DNA of 64,000 nucleotides from Planctomycetaceae bacterium (GTDB taxonomy: Bacteria > Planctomycetota > Planctomycetia > Pirellulales > UBA1268), in the NCBI GenBank assembly GCA_011523305.1, contig WTHB01000010.1:20526-84525 (forward strand). The letters run 5' to 3'. A program made the position numbers and the translations under genes. A model generated the notes under the pieces. It was not told where the DNA came from. It was given only the letters and a program-made list of their open reading frames with translations, and ran no database searches. Positions 42,401-49,583 of the stretch are shown here, in pieces. Each line of letters starts with the position of its first letter. Position 1 is the stretch's first letter.

Positions 42401-45400
42401 CGGGCTTCCAGCCCGTGACAGCCGTTCCCACCCGGCTGACGATGCCGGAGCATTCACTGCCCAGCACGGGCCGTCCCGGAGGCAGGCCCGGGTAGAGCGA
42501 GAGCACCTTCATGACATCGCTGAAATTGAGCCCCGCGGCATGCACTTCGATTTCGATGTCATGGGGGCCAAGTACCGGCAGCTGCACGAGGCGGTGATGA
42601 AGGTCCTCGACGCCGGCCGAGTCGCCCACCTCAAGTCGGGCCGGCAGGCTGGCGGTTGCCGCTGGGCAGGCGGTGTTGGTGGCATGAGGATGGAAGCGGC
42701 GGACCCAGCGGCGGCCCCGCCGCAGCAGAACCTCGTCTTCACCGTCGTCGCGACGGAGTTCCTGGACCAACTCAGCGAGGGCTGGGCGGGAATCGGCCGG
42801 CAGATCGACGAGCCGCGTTCGGAGCCGGTTGTATTCACTGGCAATCACCCGGCCCATGCCGATCAGTGGTGTCTGCGAGACGTCAACCGCTTCGGCGGTC
42901 GGGTCGGTCGTCTGAGCTTGTGCCGTCACCAGAAAGCAGGGCGTCTGGCCGGTCGGGCTGGCTGCCTCCCAGGCCTGCACCAGATGCAGCGGAGCCCGGC
43001 ATGTCAGGTGGGTACTGGCATCGAGGGCTGTGGTGGAAAGGGATGAGGTTCCCGGGGCATCGAGCGACCAGAGCCCAACAATGCCACCGATTGTTCCAGG
43101 GTCGATTGCCTCAAGCAGGCTGGTGAAGCCCGCCCGGTCGTTCGGGTTGAGGACGAAGGTTCCATCAGCCTCCTTGGAAAACCTGCTCCCAGGTCGCACG
43201 CAGACGACCTCATCTCCTGCCTCAACCAGCAGGGCCATGAGCTGATCGGTCGTCTCGTCGGCCGTTCCAAACAGCAGCCAGCGGGTTGCTGCCGTGGGCG
43301 GAGCAGCCGGGACGGCATCCTGTTCAACCCAGTCGAGGCGGTAGACCAGGTCGGCGGTGGTTTCGGCGGGGCCACTGCCCGTCACCCGGTGGCTGACAAA
43401 GCCGCGTATGCTCAGACAGAGCTGATCGGTTTCAGCCTCGTAGATATCGATGTCGGCAACGATGCGATCGTCGCTGCGGTCCCTGATTTGGACATGCACC
43501 GTGGCGGTGGCACCGGGTGAGCCTGCCGCGCGGATCTCGGCGATGGTATGCGGTAGGTAGAGGCCGGAGATCGTGTGATCAAAGTCTCGGTCCGCGGCGA
43601 TCATGCCATGAAAGCAGGCGTCGAGGAGGGCGGGGTGGACGGTGTAGTCGGCTACGTCTGAGGCGGTTGCCTGAGGAAGGTGGACCGCAGCCACGCACTC
43701 GCCCTGGCGGCGGTGCCCGTGGGTGATGCCACGAAACTGTTCCCCGTACTCAAGCCCGAGCCGGTCGCAGTAGTGGTAGAGGCGGTCCGCAGCAAAGGCC
43801 TCATCACAGCGGTCGCGGGCCGAGGCGAGGCTGGTGGTCAGCGGGGCAGGTGCGGCAGGTTCGCTTGCAATTGTGAGCGATGCGAGTTCGGTCCAGTCGC
43901 TGTCATCGACGCTGCGGTCGGCGAAGCTGAGACTGCGGCGATCGGGTCGGTAGCGGCATTCCATCCACCGGGCCGAAGCCTCGTCATGAATGCAGGCCTG
44001 CTTCAGGGTCAGGCGTTCCAGACGGATGGCCCCGGTCTCATCTCCTGCCAGACCGCGGGCCGCGGCAAGGGCCGCCTCAAGAAAGGCTGCGGCAGGATGC
44101 ACGCAGGCGCCGCGCACCCGGTGGTCTTGCAGATAGGTCTGCAGCCGCAGGTCGATGCGGCCCTGCCAACGGGCCTCGGGGCCATCAGCCCGCTCTCCAA
44201 GCAGGGGGTGCAGCGAGCGGCCCTCTCGGGAGAGCCGGGCCTCGCGGGACTCGTCCCGCAGGTATTTGGTCTGGAAGGGCTCCGGAGGGACGGGCAGGCG
44301 TCGTTGCGGGCGGGGATGGAGACGACTCCAGTCGATTGGGAGGCCACGGGTGGAGAGCCGGCCCAGGGACCCTAGCATGGCGTCGACGTCGTCTTTTTCG
44401 CGATGGAGCGACGGCAGGGTCTCGATCGTCTGGCCCGCCGCCTGGAAGCATTCATTGATGGCGTAGGCGAGGACCGGGTGGGGGCCAATTTCGATGGCCA
44501 TGTGAGTGCCACGGCTGGCCAGACAGGCCATGGCGTCGGCGAAGAGCACCGGCTGACGGACGTTCTGCCACCAGTAGTCAGCGGTGAGTTGAGGGCCGTC
44601 GAGCAGCCGTCCGGTGACTGTGGAGAAGAGTGGCACAGAGGTCTGCTGGGGGGTGAGATCGGCCAGCGACCGGAGTAGTTCTTCCCGGACCGGCTCCATC
44701 AGCGAACTGTGGAAGGCATATTCCACCGTCAGTCGCCGACAAAAGATGCCAGCGGCCTCAAAACGTCCGGCCAGATGTTCAATGACCTCGGCAGTCCCGG
44801 ACAGTGTCAGCGAGGTCGGGCCGTTGACGGCTGCGATGGCGATCAACTGCTCGTCGTCATCGACCCAGCCAGCAAGTTCGTCGCGGGACAGTCCGACCGC
44901 GAGCATTGCCCCCTGCGACGAGGCAAGGTCCATGGTGCGTCCCCGGTGGAAGGCAACCTGGCAGGCCTGTTTGAACGAGAGTCCACCGGCGACATAGGCG
45001 GCAGCGATTTCACCGACACTGTGGCCAACGCAGGCAGCAGGCTCGATTCCCCAATGCTTCCAGACGGCAGCAATGCCGGTCTGTACCGCGAAGATGGCTG
45101 GTTGGGCAAACCGTGTTAGCTTCATTCGAGAGCTGCTTTCATCGCGGAGTAGTTCTTCCACGAGTGACCAGTTGCCGTAGCGGGAAAACTCAGCGGCACA
45201 TTCCTCAATCACCCGGCGAAAGACGCCGCTGGAGGCGAAGAGTCGGCGTCCCATCGCCCACCACTGGGGGCCCTGGCCACTGAACACGAAGGCAATCTGG
45301 TCTGCATGCAGGTCGGTGCGGCGGTCGCTGGCCTGGCCGTTCGGCAGACTGGTTGCCGCGTCCCGGAGTTGGGTGATCAGGTCGGCATGGTCTCGAGCCA

Positions 45401-47090
45401 CGAAGGCCGCACGAGACAGCCCACCGCTGCGCCGATGGGCGAGGAAGGCGGCGATCTCACTCAGACTGATGGCTGCCCCGCCGGTCGTGCTGGAGTCCTC
45501 AAGCCAGGTGGCGAGGCGGTCGGCGGTGGCGGCGAGGCTCCGCTGATCGCGTGCGGCCACGGGGATAAGCAACGGTTCACTCACCCATTCCGAGGCGGGC
45601 TCACGATCAACAACTGAGGCCGAGGAAGATCGGCCCACCCCGCTCGCCGTCGGGCTCCGGCGAGCGTCGGGGGGAAGCAGGGGGGGGACCGGAGGCTCTT
45701 CGAGGATCACATGGGCATTCGCGCCGCCGTAACCAAAGCCATTGATGGCGGCGAGTCGCGGCTGTGGGTCTCCCGCGTGATCCGTGCCAGGCCATTCACA
45801 AGTCGCTGTGGGGACGCGGAGGCCGAGGCGGTCGAAGTCGATGGCCGGATTGGCCTGCTGAAAGTGCAGGTGGGCTGGAATGCGGCGGTGCTGCAGCGAC
45901 AACGCCACCTTGATCACGCTGGCAATGCCTGCGGCTGCCTCAAGGTGGCCGATGTTGGTCTTCACCGAGCCAATCAGGCAGGGACGGTCGGCGGGTCGAC
46001 CAGCACCGATCACGCTCCCGATGGCATTGGCTTCGATCGGATCTCCGACCGGCGTCCCTGTTCCATGGGCTTCGACATAACTGATGGCTGTTGGCTCGAT
46101 GGCAGCCTGCCGGCAGGCCTCACGAATGAGTTGTTGTTGGGCCTCGCCGTTGGGAACCGTCAGGCCGGCGGTGCGGCCATCCTGGTTTGAGGCAGTCGCG
46201 CGGATGACGGCATAGATCAGGTCACCGGCAGCGATGGCATCACGGAGGGGCCGAATCAGCACCATGCCAGCCCCTTCGCTTCGGACGTAGCCGTTGGCTC
46301 TGGCATCAAAGGTTTTGCAACGGCCATCGGGAGAGAGCACCCCGAGTTGGCTGAAGGCGACGGTGAAGTCGGGCATCAGCAGGGCGTTGACCCCACCGGC
46401 GAGCGCCATCGTGCTTTCCCCACGACGGATCGATTCACAGGCAAGGTGAACCGCCAAGAGAGAAGACGAACAGGCCGTATCGATGGCCAGACTCGGCCCG
46501 CGGAGATCGAATGAGTAGGAAATGCGGTTGGCAGCAATACTCGAGGACCCACCGGTGTTGCTGTAGGGGGTGATGACCCCGCGGTCCTGAAAACTGAGTG
46601 AGGCCACTGCATGGTCAAACGAGGAAATTCCAACGAAGACGCCAACGGCATCACCGGCCAGCTGCCGGGGGCTGCGACCGGCATCTTCGATGGCCCGCCA
46701 GGCAACTTCCAGCAGCATCCGCTGCTGAGGATCCATCATTGCTGCTTCCCGCGGGGAGATAGCGAAAGCCCACGGGTCAAAAGCCTGAATGTCGGTGACA
46801 TGACCACCCCAGCGGCTGAGCAGTTTGCCGGGGCTGGCGGAGCCAGAACGGTAGAACTTGGGGGTGCTCCAGCGGTCGGTGGGGGTTTCCGTGATTGCAT
46901 CCCGGCCCGAGTTGAGCAGGTTCCAGAAGGACGGCCAGTCGTTGGCTCCGCCGGGAAGACGACAGCCAATTCCCACGATGGCCAGTGGCTCACTGGCGGC
47001 GGGGGTGTCGGTGTTGCGGGCGACTGCGGTCTGCAGTCGCTGCCAGGCAGCAAGACGATTGGGGGAGTCGGGGTGGTTGGCGTCGTACAT
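36459..47090 (-). CDS. Hybrid type I PKS-NRPS megasynthase, 3543 aa: KS-AT-DH-(psiKR)-ER-KR-ACP-C-A-PCP-TE
   Basis: Motifs were read in the translation, and two were checked back to nucleotide positions.
- KS (about 45711..46988): DTACSSS (Cys codon 46470..46472), EAHGTGT, NIGHLE.
- AT (about 44391..45302): GHSVGE, YAFHS.
- DH (about 43371..44219): HPLL, HRVRGACVHP.
- ER (about 41685..42623): LIHAASGGVGLAAIQLA.
- KR (about 41076..41627): GGLGGFGLEVARWL, VLEDRLL, NYAAAN.
- ACP (about 40566..40793): LGLDSL.
- C (about 39141..40469): HHIAVDFWS, with the HH codons at 40071..40076.
- A (about 37581..39023): YTSGSTGRPKG, NLYGPTE, GELVIAGPGLARGY, GYRIELGE, SGKIDR.
- PCP (about 37326..37547): FFDLGGTSL.
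- TE (about 36471..37223): GWSLGG. Confidence 0.95.
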   Translation of the reverse strand: MYDANHPDSPNRLAAWQRLQTAVARNTDTPAASEPLAIVGIGCRLPGGANDWPSFWNLLNSGRDAITETPTDRWSTPKFYRSGSASPGKLLSRWGGHVTDIQAFDPWAFAISPREAAMMDPQQRMLLEVAWRAIEDAGRSPRQLAGDAVGVFVGISSFDHAVASLSFQDRGVITPYSNTGGSSSIAANRISYSFDLRGPSLAIDTACSSSLLAVHLACESIRRGESTMALAGGVNALLMPDFTVAFSQLGVLSPDGRCKTFDARANGYVRSEGAGMVLIRPLRDAIAAGDLIYAVIRATASNQDGRTAGLTVPNGEAQQQLIREACRQAAIEPTAISYVEAHGTGTPVGDPIEANAIGSVIGAGRPADRPCLIGSVKTNIGHLEAAAGIASVIKVALSLQHRRIPAHLHFQQANPAIDFDRLGLRVPTATCEWPGTDHAGDPQPRLAAINGFGYGGANAHVILEEPPVPPLLPPDARRSPTASGVGRSSSASVVDREPASEWVSEPLLIPVAARDQRSLAATADRLATWLEDSSTTGGAAISLSEIAAFLAHRRSGGLSRAAFVARDHADLITQLRDAATSLPNGQASDRRTDLHADQIAFVFSGQGPQWWAMGRRLFASSGVFRRVIEECAAEFSRYGNWSLVEELLRDESSSRMKLTRFAQPAIFAVQTGIAAVWKHWGIEPAACVGHSVGEIAAAYVAGGLSFKQACQVAFHRGRTMDLASSQGAMLAVGLSRDELAGWVDDDEQLIAIAAVNGPTSLTLSGTAEVIEHLAGRFEAAGIFCRRLTVEYAFHSSLMEPVREELLRSLADLTPQQTSVPLFSTVTGRLLDGPQLTADYWWQNVRQPVLFADAMACLASRGTHMAIEIGPHPVLAYAINECFQAAGQTIETLPSLHREKDDVDAMLGSLGRLSTRGLPIDWSRLHPRPQRRLPVPPEPFQTKYLRDESREARLSREGRSLHPLLGERADGPEARWQGRIDLRLQTYLQDHRVRGACVHPAAAFLEAALAAARGLAGDETGAIRLERLTLKQACIHDEASARWMECRYRPDRRSLSFADRSVDDSDWTELASLTIASEPAAPAPLTTSLASARDRCDEAFAADRLYHYCDRLGLEYGEQFRGITHGHRRQGECVAAVHLPQATASDVADYTVHPALLDACFHGMIAADRDFDHTISGLYLPHTIAEIRAAGSPGATATVHVQIRDRSDDRIVADIDIYEAETDQLCLSIRGFVSHRVTGSGPAETTADLVYRLDWVEQDAVPAAPPTAATRWLLFGTADETTDQLMALLVEAGDEVVCVRPGSRFSKEADGTFVLNPNDRAGFTSLLEAIDPGTIGGIVGLWSLDAPGTSSLSTTALDASTHLTCRAPLHLVQAWEAASPTGQTPCFLVTAQAQTTDPTAEAVDVSQTPLIGMGRVIASEYNRLRTRLVDLPADSRPALAELVQELRRDDGEDEVLLRRGRRWVRRFHPHATNTACPAATASLPARLEVGDSAGVEDLHHRLVQLPVLGPHDIEIEVHAAGLNFSDVMKVLSLYPGLPPGRPVLGSECSGIVSRVGTAVTGWKPGDEVMAVAPGAFGTHVVVATDLVTRKPRNLSHQQAAALPIAFLTAIHALETCGRMRADDTVLIHAASGGVGLAAIQLARLAGARVLATAGNDEKRAFVREQGADAVMNSRSLAFADEAHRLSGGVDIILNSLPGEAIPRGIEALAVGGRFLEIGKRDIYGDAALGLYAFRNNIAFFGIDLDQLFKQQPRRMGELLRTLPERFESGELHPLPITVQPATEAVATFRSMQQARHIGKLVIDYTTPPAPIHPATTGTLACDPDGSYWVAGGLGGFGLEVARWLASRGAGTLILGGRSLQVSAEAAAVIGELEAAGTRVRLLPADITKPEEVRRVLKTISTEERPLRGIFHTAMVLEDRLLVDLDHATLDRVLRPKVLGGWNLHQESLACGLDLEQFVVFSSLSSVFGHAGQANYAAANAALDGLAHHRRHLGLPATVINWGHLGEVGYLARRNELSARLERQGVLSFTVQQAMACLGYAIASREIQLSVLRMDWSRWRGLGITDNVPPKFAHLLQARSNESGSSQAVTITPETIRTAAAPVRRTMVETVVCDKAAGLLGIDPEQLERERALLELGLDSLMAVELRNWIENRTGISLAISALMRSTGVTELIDMLCGTLAEAGSPESVQADASGSGAPANASPHEMPAARAFPLSAGQRGLWAAARRNPADTAYNVFLPTRVRSQLDVAALQQTMHMVVERHATLRTTFSDAGGRLLQQVHDSLPPRFTVVDATGLSEAEVQVQAAADAHLPFDLERGPLLRVTAFKLAEDDWVVQATTHHIAVDFWSLILLLQEIAVGYRQLAAGMAADLPPPTNNYAAFVDRQHQLLEADSRERLQTFWQQTLAGIPTVFDLPTDRPRPRHFTGHAASEPMTLSTVTSAAISRLATTAGVTPSAVLLAAVEVLLARLSGQTSFLIGMPFSGRSEQRFENTVGFFVNMLPIPVRLGDDPSFRTLVERTGQMILGALEHEDYPLAAIIADTPHARDPSRNPLFQVSCTFEKAHRREEAGRAGFLFPDRAEAVDFAGLRQESFHVPQQACVHDIEFVFEQTESSCRGMIHYATDLFDQATIACLARNLETLTSELLAAAEQPLSELPWATSSELALDAAAGTAAHGTVSDQLAPAVTEAADRSAVIAGETTWHYRDLDNLAQSLHQQLAATGLPVGSLVPVFGTGGEAVVATVATMLAGYAPTPVDQRQPAVGSDDLLADTAARCMVIAGISNDDSPAAEGLHLIRLDELTNPPAEQTLPHLATTDLAYCIYTSGSTGRPKGVLIEQGAIANLLAWRQQQIPLAATDRVMLLFSHQFDAALGVTLATLQAAATLVLADTEAGRDIDALIDQVIRDEITVLPVTPSLLQLIGRHPRFSECVSLRQIWCGGEAMPADLPRRVGRLPKVTLWNLYGPTETTVEAAVWPVPRSHDGLRRIPLGTAAAGATLLIVDENQRPLPDSVPGELVIAGPGLARGYLGRPELTAARFITLQSSQGPLRAYLTGDRCRRRPDGCIEFLDRLDGQVKLRGYRIELGEVEACLAAHPSVAEAAVTVVAPGTPEARLAGFVVVTAQTDVTTALTTLRQHLAAHLPGIKRPATLTLLDQLPRTSSGKIDRTRLAAERPTTVEAIAPLAPRTPLEEHLVSRWQETLGLDGIGINQNFFDLGGTSLQAAMLTAKLSEDLGVHVPTVLLFDLADISQIAQRLGDLHPAAVAARFGDASLAPAAPVTSAANHHPLIVPLKPTGSLPPLFLVHPPGGIVVCYAALAQQFDPARPLLGIRSRGLHGEEALPASLESMAADYASALRSVQPVGPYLLGGWSLGGVIASEVARQLIAEGDQVERLILFDSSLPCVNGSDQSTGREYGLDISLEALGNLPASEQLPFLYDHARQLGLIEATAPEALVSQVLADLQRLFSHHVQLCNQCTAQPLDTDGVLFRPQEVPVDVSGPDDRGWSQVLRSVEVSKVPGHHHSMVALPHASTLATAIRDALEAAVMS

Positions 47091-47125
47091 CAGCAGGCGT
47101 GCATCCGTGACTGGAACGTTGGGAA

Positions 47126-48268
47126 TCAGGAAATCTCTCGAAAGGCCTCAGTGGGCAACAGGGCTGCTGCCCGCCGCGCTGGCAGCCAGGCACCGAGCAG
47201 ACCGATACCGAGGGCAATGACAAAACCTTGGCCAAGCGTGGTGGCGTTGATCACTGGCACGATCATGCCCCCGGTTGCAGGCGAGCGACTCAGCAGGCCC
47301 GTCAACGCATACGCGGCCAGCCCGCCAATGAAGGCGGCGGCCAGGGCCAGGCCGCATGACTCCAGCAGGATCATCAGCATGATCCGTCCGCGGGGCCAGC
47401 CGATTGCCCGAAGGATGCCAATCTCACGCGTCCGTTCGTGCACGCTGGTCATCATCGTGTTGAGCGTGCCGATCCCACCGATGATCATTGCCACCAGCGA
47501 GGTCATCCAGGCCATGCCGTCAGCCAGTTTCAGCCGCGTGTCCGTCTGAACGAATTCAGCTGTTGCCAGGGCAAGCAGCCGCGGGTCGACGGCCTCGATG
47601 GCTGCAACCGCTGAGGGCAGGTCGGTTGTCGATTCCAGCACTACGTTGACATAGGTGACCTGTCCGTCGCGGCCAGTGAGTTCCTGGAGAACCGGCAAGG
47701 GCAGAATCAGCGAGCCGTTCTCCCAGACACTGTGACTACGAAAGACGCCCACGATTCGGAAGGGCTCACCAAAAACGGACAGGGATGCACCGCTGTGCAG
47801 GCCCAGGCGGTCAGCGAGATTCTGGCCAACGAGCAGTTCGCGGGCATTGGGGCTACTGAACTGCGGCGGCCCTGCTGCCGGGCCGGCAGAGCCAGCGACT
47901 TCGTAGTCGGCAAGCAGCCATGAGTCGCTCGGCAGTCCCATGGTGGGAATGCCATAGATGCCCTCGTCCTCAAGGGAGAGCGTCTCAAGGAGCACGCCCG
48001 CCGTCCGAGCTACCCCCGGAAGGGCGGAGAGCTGCCGACTCGCGTCCTCCGAGACGGCGCTGCTGAGTCGGTCGGCCGCGCCCTGGCGTGAGACCACGAT
48101 GTCAATCTGATGGGCATCGTAGACATCAGCGAAGGCGCGGCGGAACCCGCGGCTGATGCCCAGCAGGGCGACAATCGCGGTCATCGCCGTCGCCAGCGCA
48201 GCCAGGGTCAACGCCGTACGAAACGGCCGGCGCACGATGTTTCGATAGACCAGTTCTGGAAACCGCAT
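47126..48268 (-). CDS. ABC transporter permease, FtsX/MacB/LolCE-like (4 TM with a large periplasmic domain)
   Basis: N-terminal TM (RPFRTALTLAALATAMTAIVALL), about 220-aa extracytoplasmic domain, and a C-terminal FtsX domain with TREIGILRAIGWPRGRI. 35-nt gap to the PKS-NRPS start on the same strand. Confidence 0.88.
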   Translation of the reverse strand: MRFPELVYRNIVRRPFRTALTLAALATAMTAIVALLGISRGFRRAFADVYDAHQIDIVVSRQGAADRLSSAVSEDASRQLSALPGVARTAGVLLETLSLEDEGIYGIPTMGLPSDSWLLADYEVAGSAGPAAGPPQFSSPNARELLVGQNLADRLGLHSGASLSVFGEPFRIVGVFRSHSVWENGSLILPLPVLQELTGRDGQVTYVNVVLESTTDLPSAVAAIEAVDPRLLALATAEFVQTDTRLKLADGMAWMTSLVAMIIGGIGTLNTMMTSVHERTREIGILRAIGWPRGRIMLMILLESCGLALAAAFIGGLAAYALTGLLSRSPATGGMIVPVINATTLGQGFVIALGIGLLGAWLPARRAAALLPTEAFREIS

Positions 48269-48683
48269 GGCAAGGGAGACGGAGCCAGAGAGACGAGGGG
48301 ATTGCCCCCAATAAAACCCCCGAAACGGTGGGTTGGCAACCTGGCGAGGTGGCTCCGTCGGTGCATCTGCGAGGCGACCTGACCGAATTTGCGGAAAAAA
48401 CGGTTTCGGAAGCCAGTTCGGGCAGCCTCACAAAGGTGGGGTCTGGGTGCCGCGGGTGAAGCGAAAGAAACCGCCACCGCGAAAGGGCCCATGCCCGCTG
48501 GTGGCGTGCGTGCTCTGCGGCGACTGGGCTGCGGCAGCAGGAAGTACCGGTTCTGCGGAAAGAATCGCTGCTCGGGTGAGGCGTCCGCCGATCGAGCGGA
48601 GTATGAGACCGACTTGGGAGAACGGAGGGCCCTGGGGGCTACGCTGGTGGGGTGGCCCTCTGGGAGGACCGTGCCGTCTCACG

Positions 48684-49475
48684 ATGAGCCGGTACCTGCT
48701 CGTCGTCGTGCTGGTCTTCGGGGGAAGCAGCCAGGGGCGAGCAGGTGAGCCAAAGGAACTCCATACCGATCGAGATGCCTTTACCCCCTCGGTCTATACG
48801 ATTCGTCCAGGTCAAGTTCTGAACGAGATGTCGCATGTCTACATTGAGAATCGCGAAGGGAAGCCGACCAACAACTATCCCGAGTACATCATGCGGATCG
48901 GGGCAACCGATCGGTTTGAGTGGCGACTTGGCGTCAATTATTCAGTCGGTTCGCAGGGGAATGTGGTGACCAGTGTCGAGGCGGGGGAGCTGCCGCTCGA
49001 TGGCAGTACCCTGTATGAGTCAAATTTCCTGTACGGCTTCAAGCTCTCAACGACAGATCAAGATGGCTGGATTCCAGCAAGTTGCTTCATCATGGAAGCA
49101 ACCACTCCGATGTACGGGCAGGACTTCGGAACCGAGCCGGTCGCAACCGTGGCTTTTGGTTGGGAGTTTCCCACGCACTGGCGGTTGGATGCTGCGATGC
49201 GATATGCCTACGCCGAATCCGAGATCAACTGGTTCAGCCGTTGGGGGCCGTCAGTGGTCCTCCGGGTGCCGGTCACTGACCGCTGGGAGGTCCATGCTGA
49301 ATACTTCGGCACCTTTAATCAGGGGCTGCCCGACGAAGTGAACCGGCCTTTCTTCAGCCCTGGCACACACTTTGTGATAAACGAGCGGATCGAACTCGGG
49401 CTGCGTGTGGGCTGGGGAATGACCCGGGACGCAGCGAATTTCTTTTCGGATGCCGGTCTGGCGATTCGCTATTAA
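48684..49475 (+). CDS. Putative outer-membrane beta-barrel protein (MetA-pathway 'transporter'-like)
   Basis: From the Met at 48684: signal peptide MSRYLLVVVLVFGGSSQGRAG, alternating hydrophobic beta-strand pattern, and a C-terminal FFSDAGLAIRY ending in an aromatic residue. The family assignment is tentative. Confidence 0.5.
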   Translation: MSRYLLVVVLVFGGSSQGRAGEPKELHTDRDAFTPSVYTIRPGQVLNEMSHVYIENREGKPTNNYPEYIMRIGATDRFEWRLGVNYSVGSQGNVVTSVEAGELPLDGSTLYESNFLYGFKLSTTDQDGWIPASCFIMEATTPMYGQDFGTEPVATVAFGWEFPTHWRLDAAMRYAYAESEINWFSRWGPSVVLRVPVTDRWEVHAEYFGTFNQGLPDEVNRPFFSPGTHFVINERIELGLRVGWGMTRDAANFFSDAGLAIRY

Positions 49476-49583
49476 CGGCGGGTTCCGGCAGCGGGAGCCG
49501 GACCGTGATAGAATCTGCTCGTCGGTCGGTTGCCAACTGGTTTGCCGGCATACCGCAGTTGTCTTCCTTGGGAGTATCACCAA

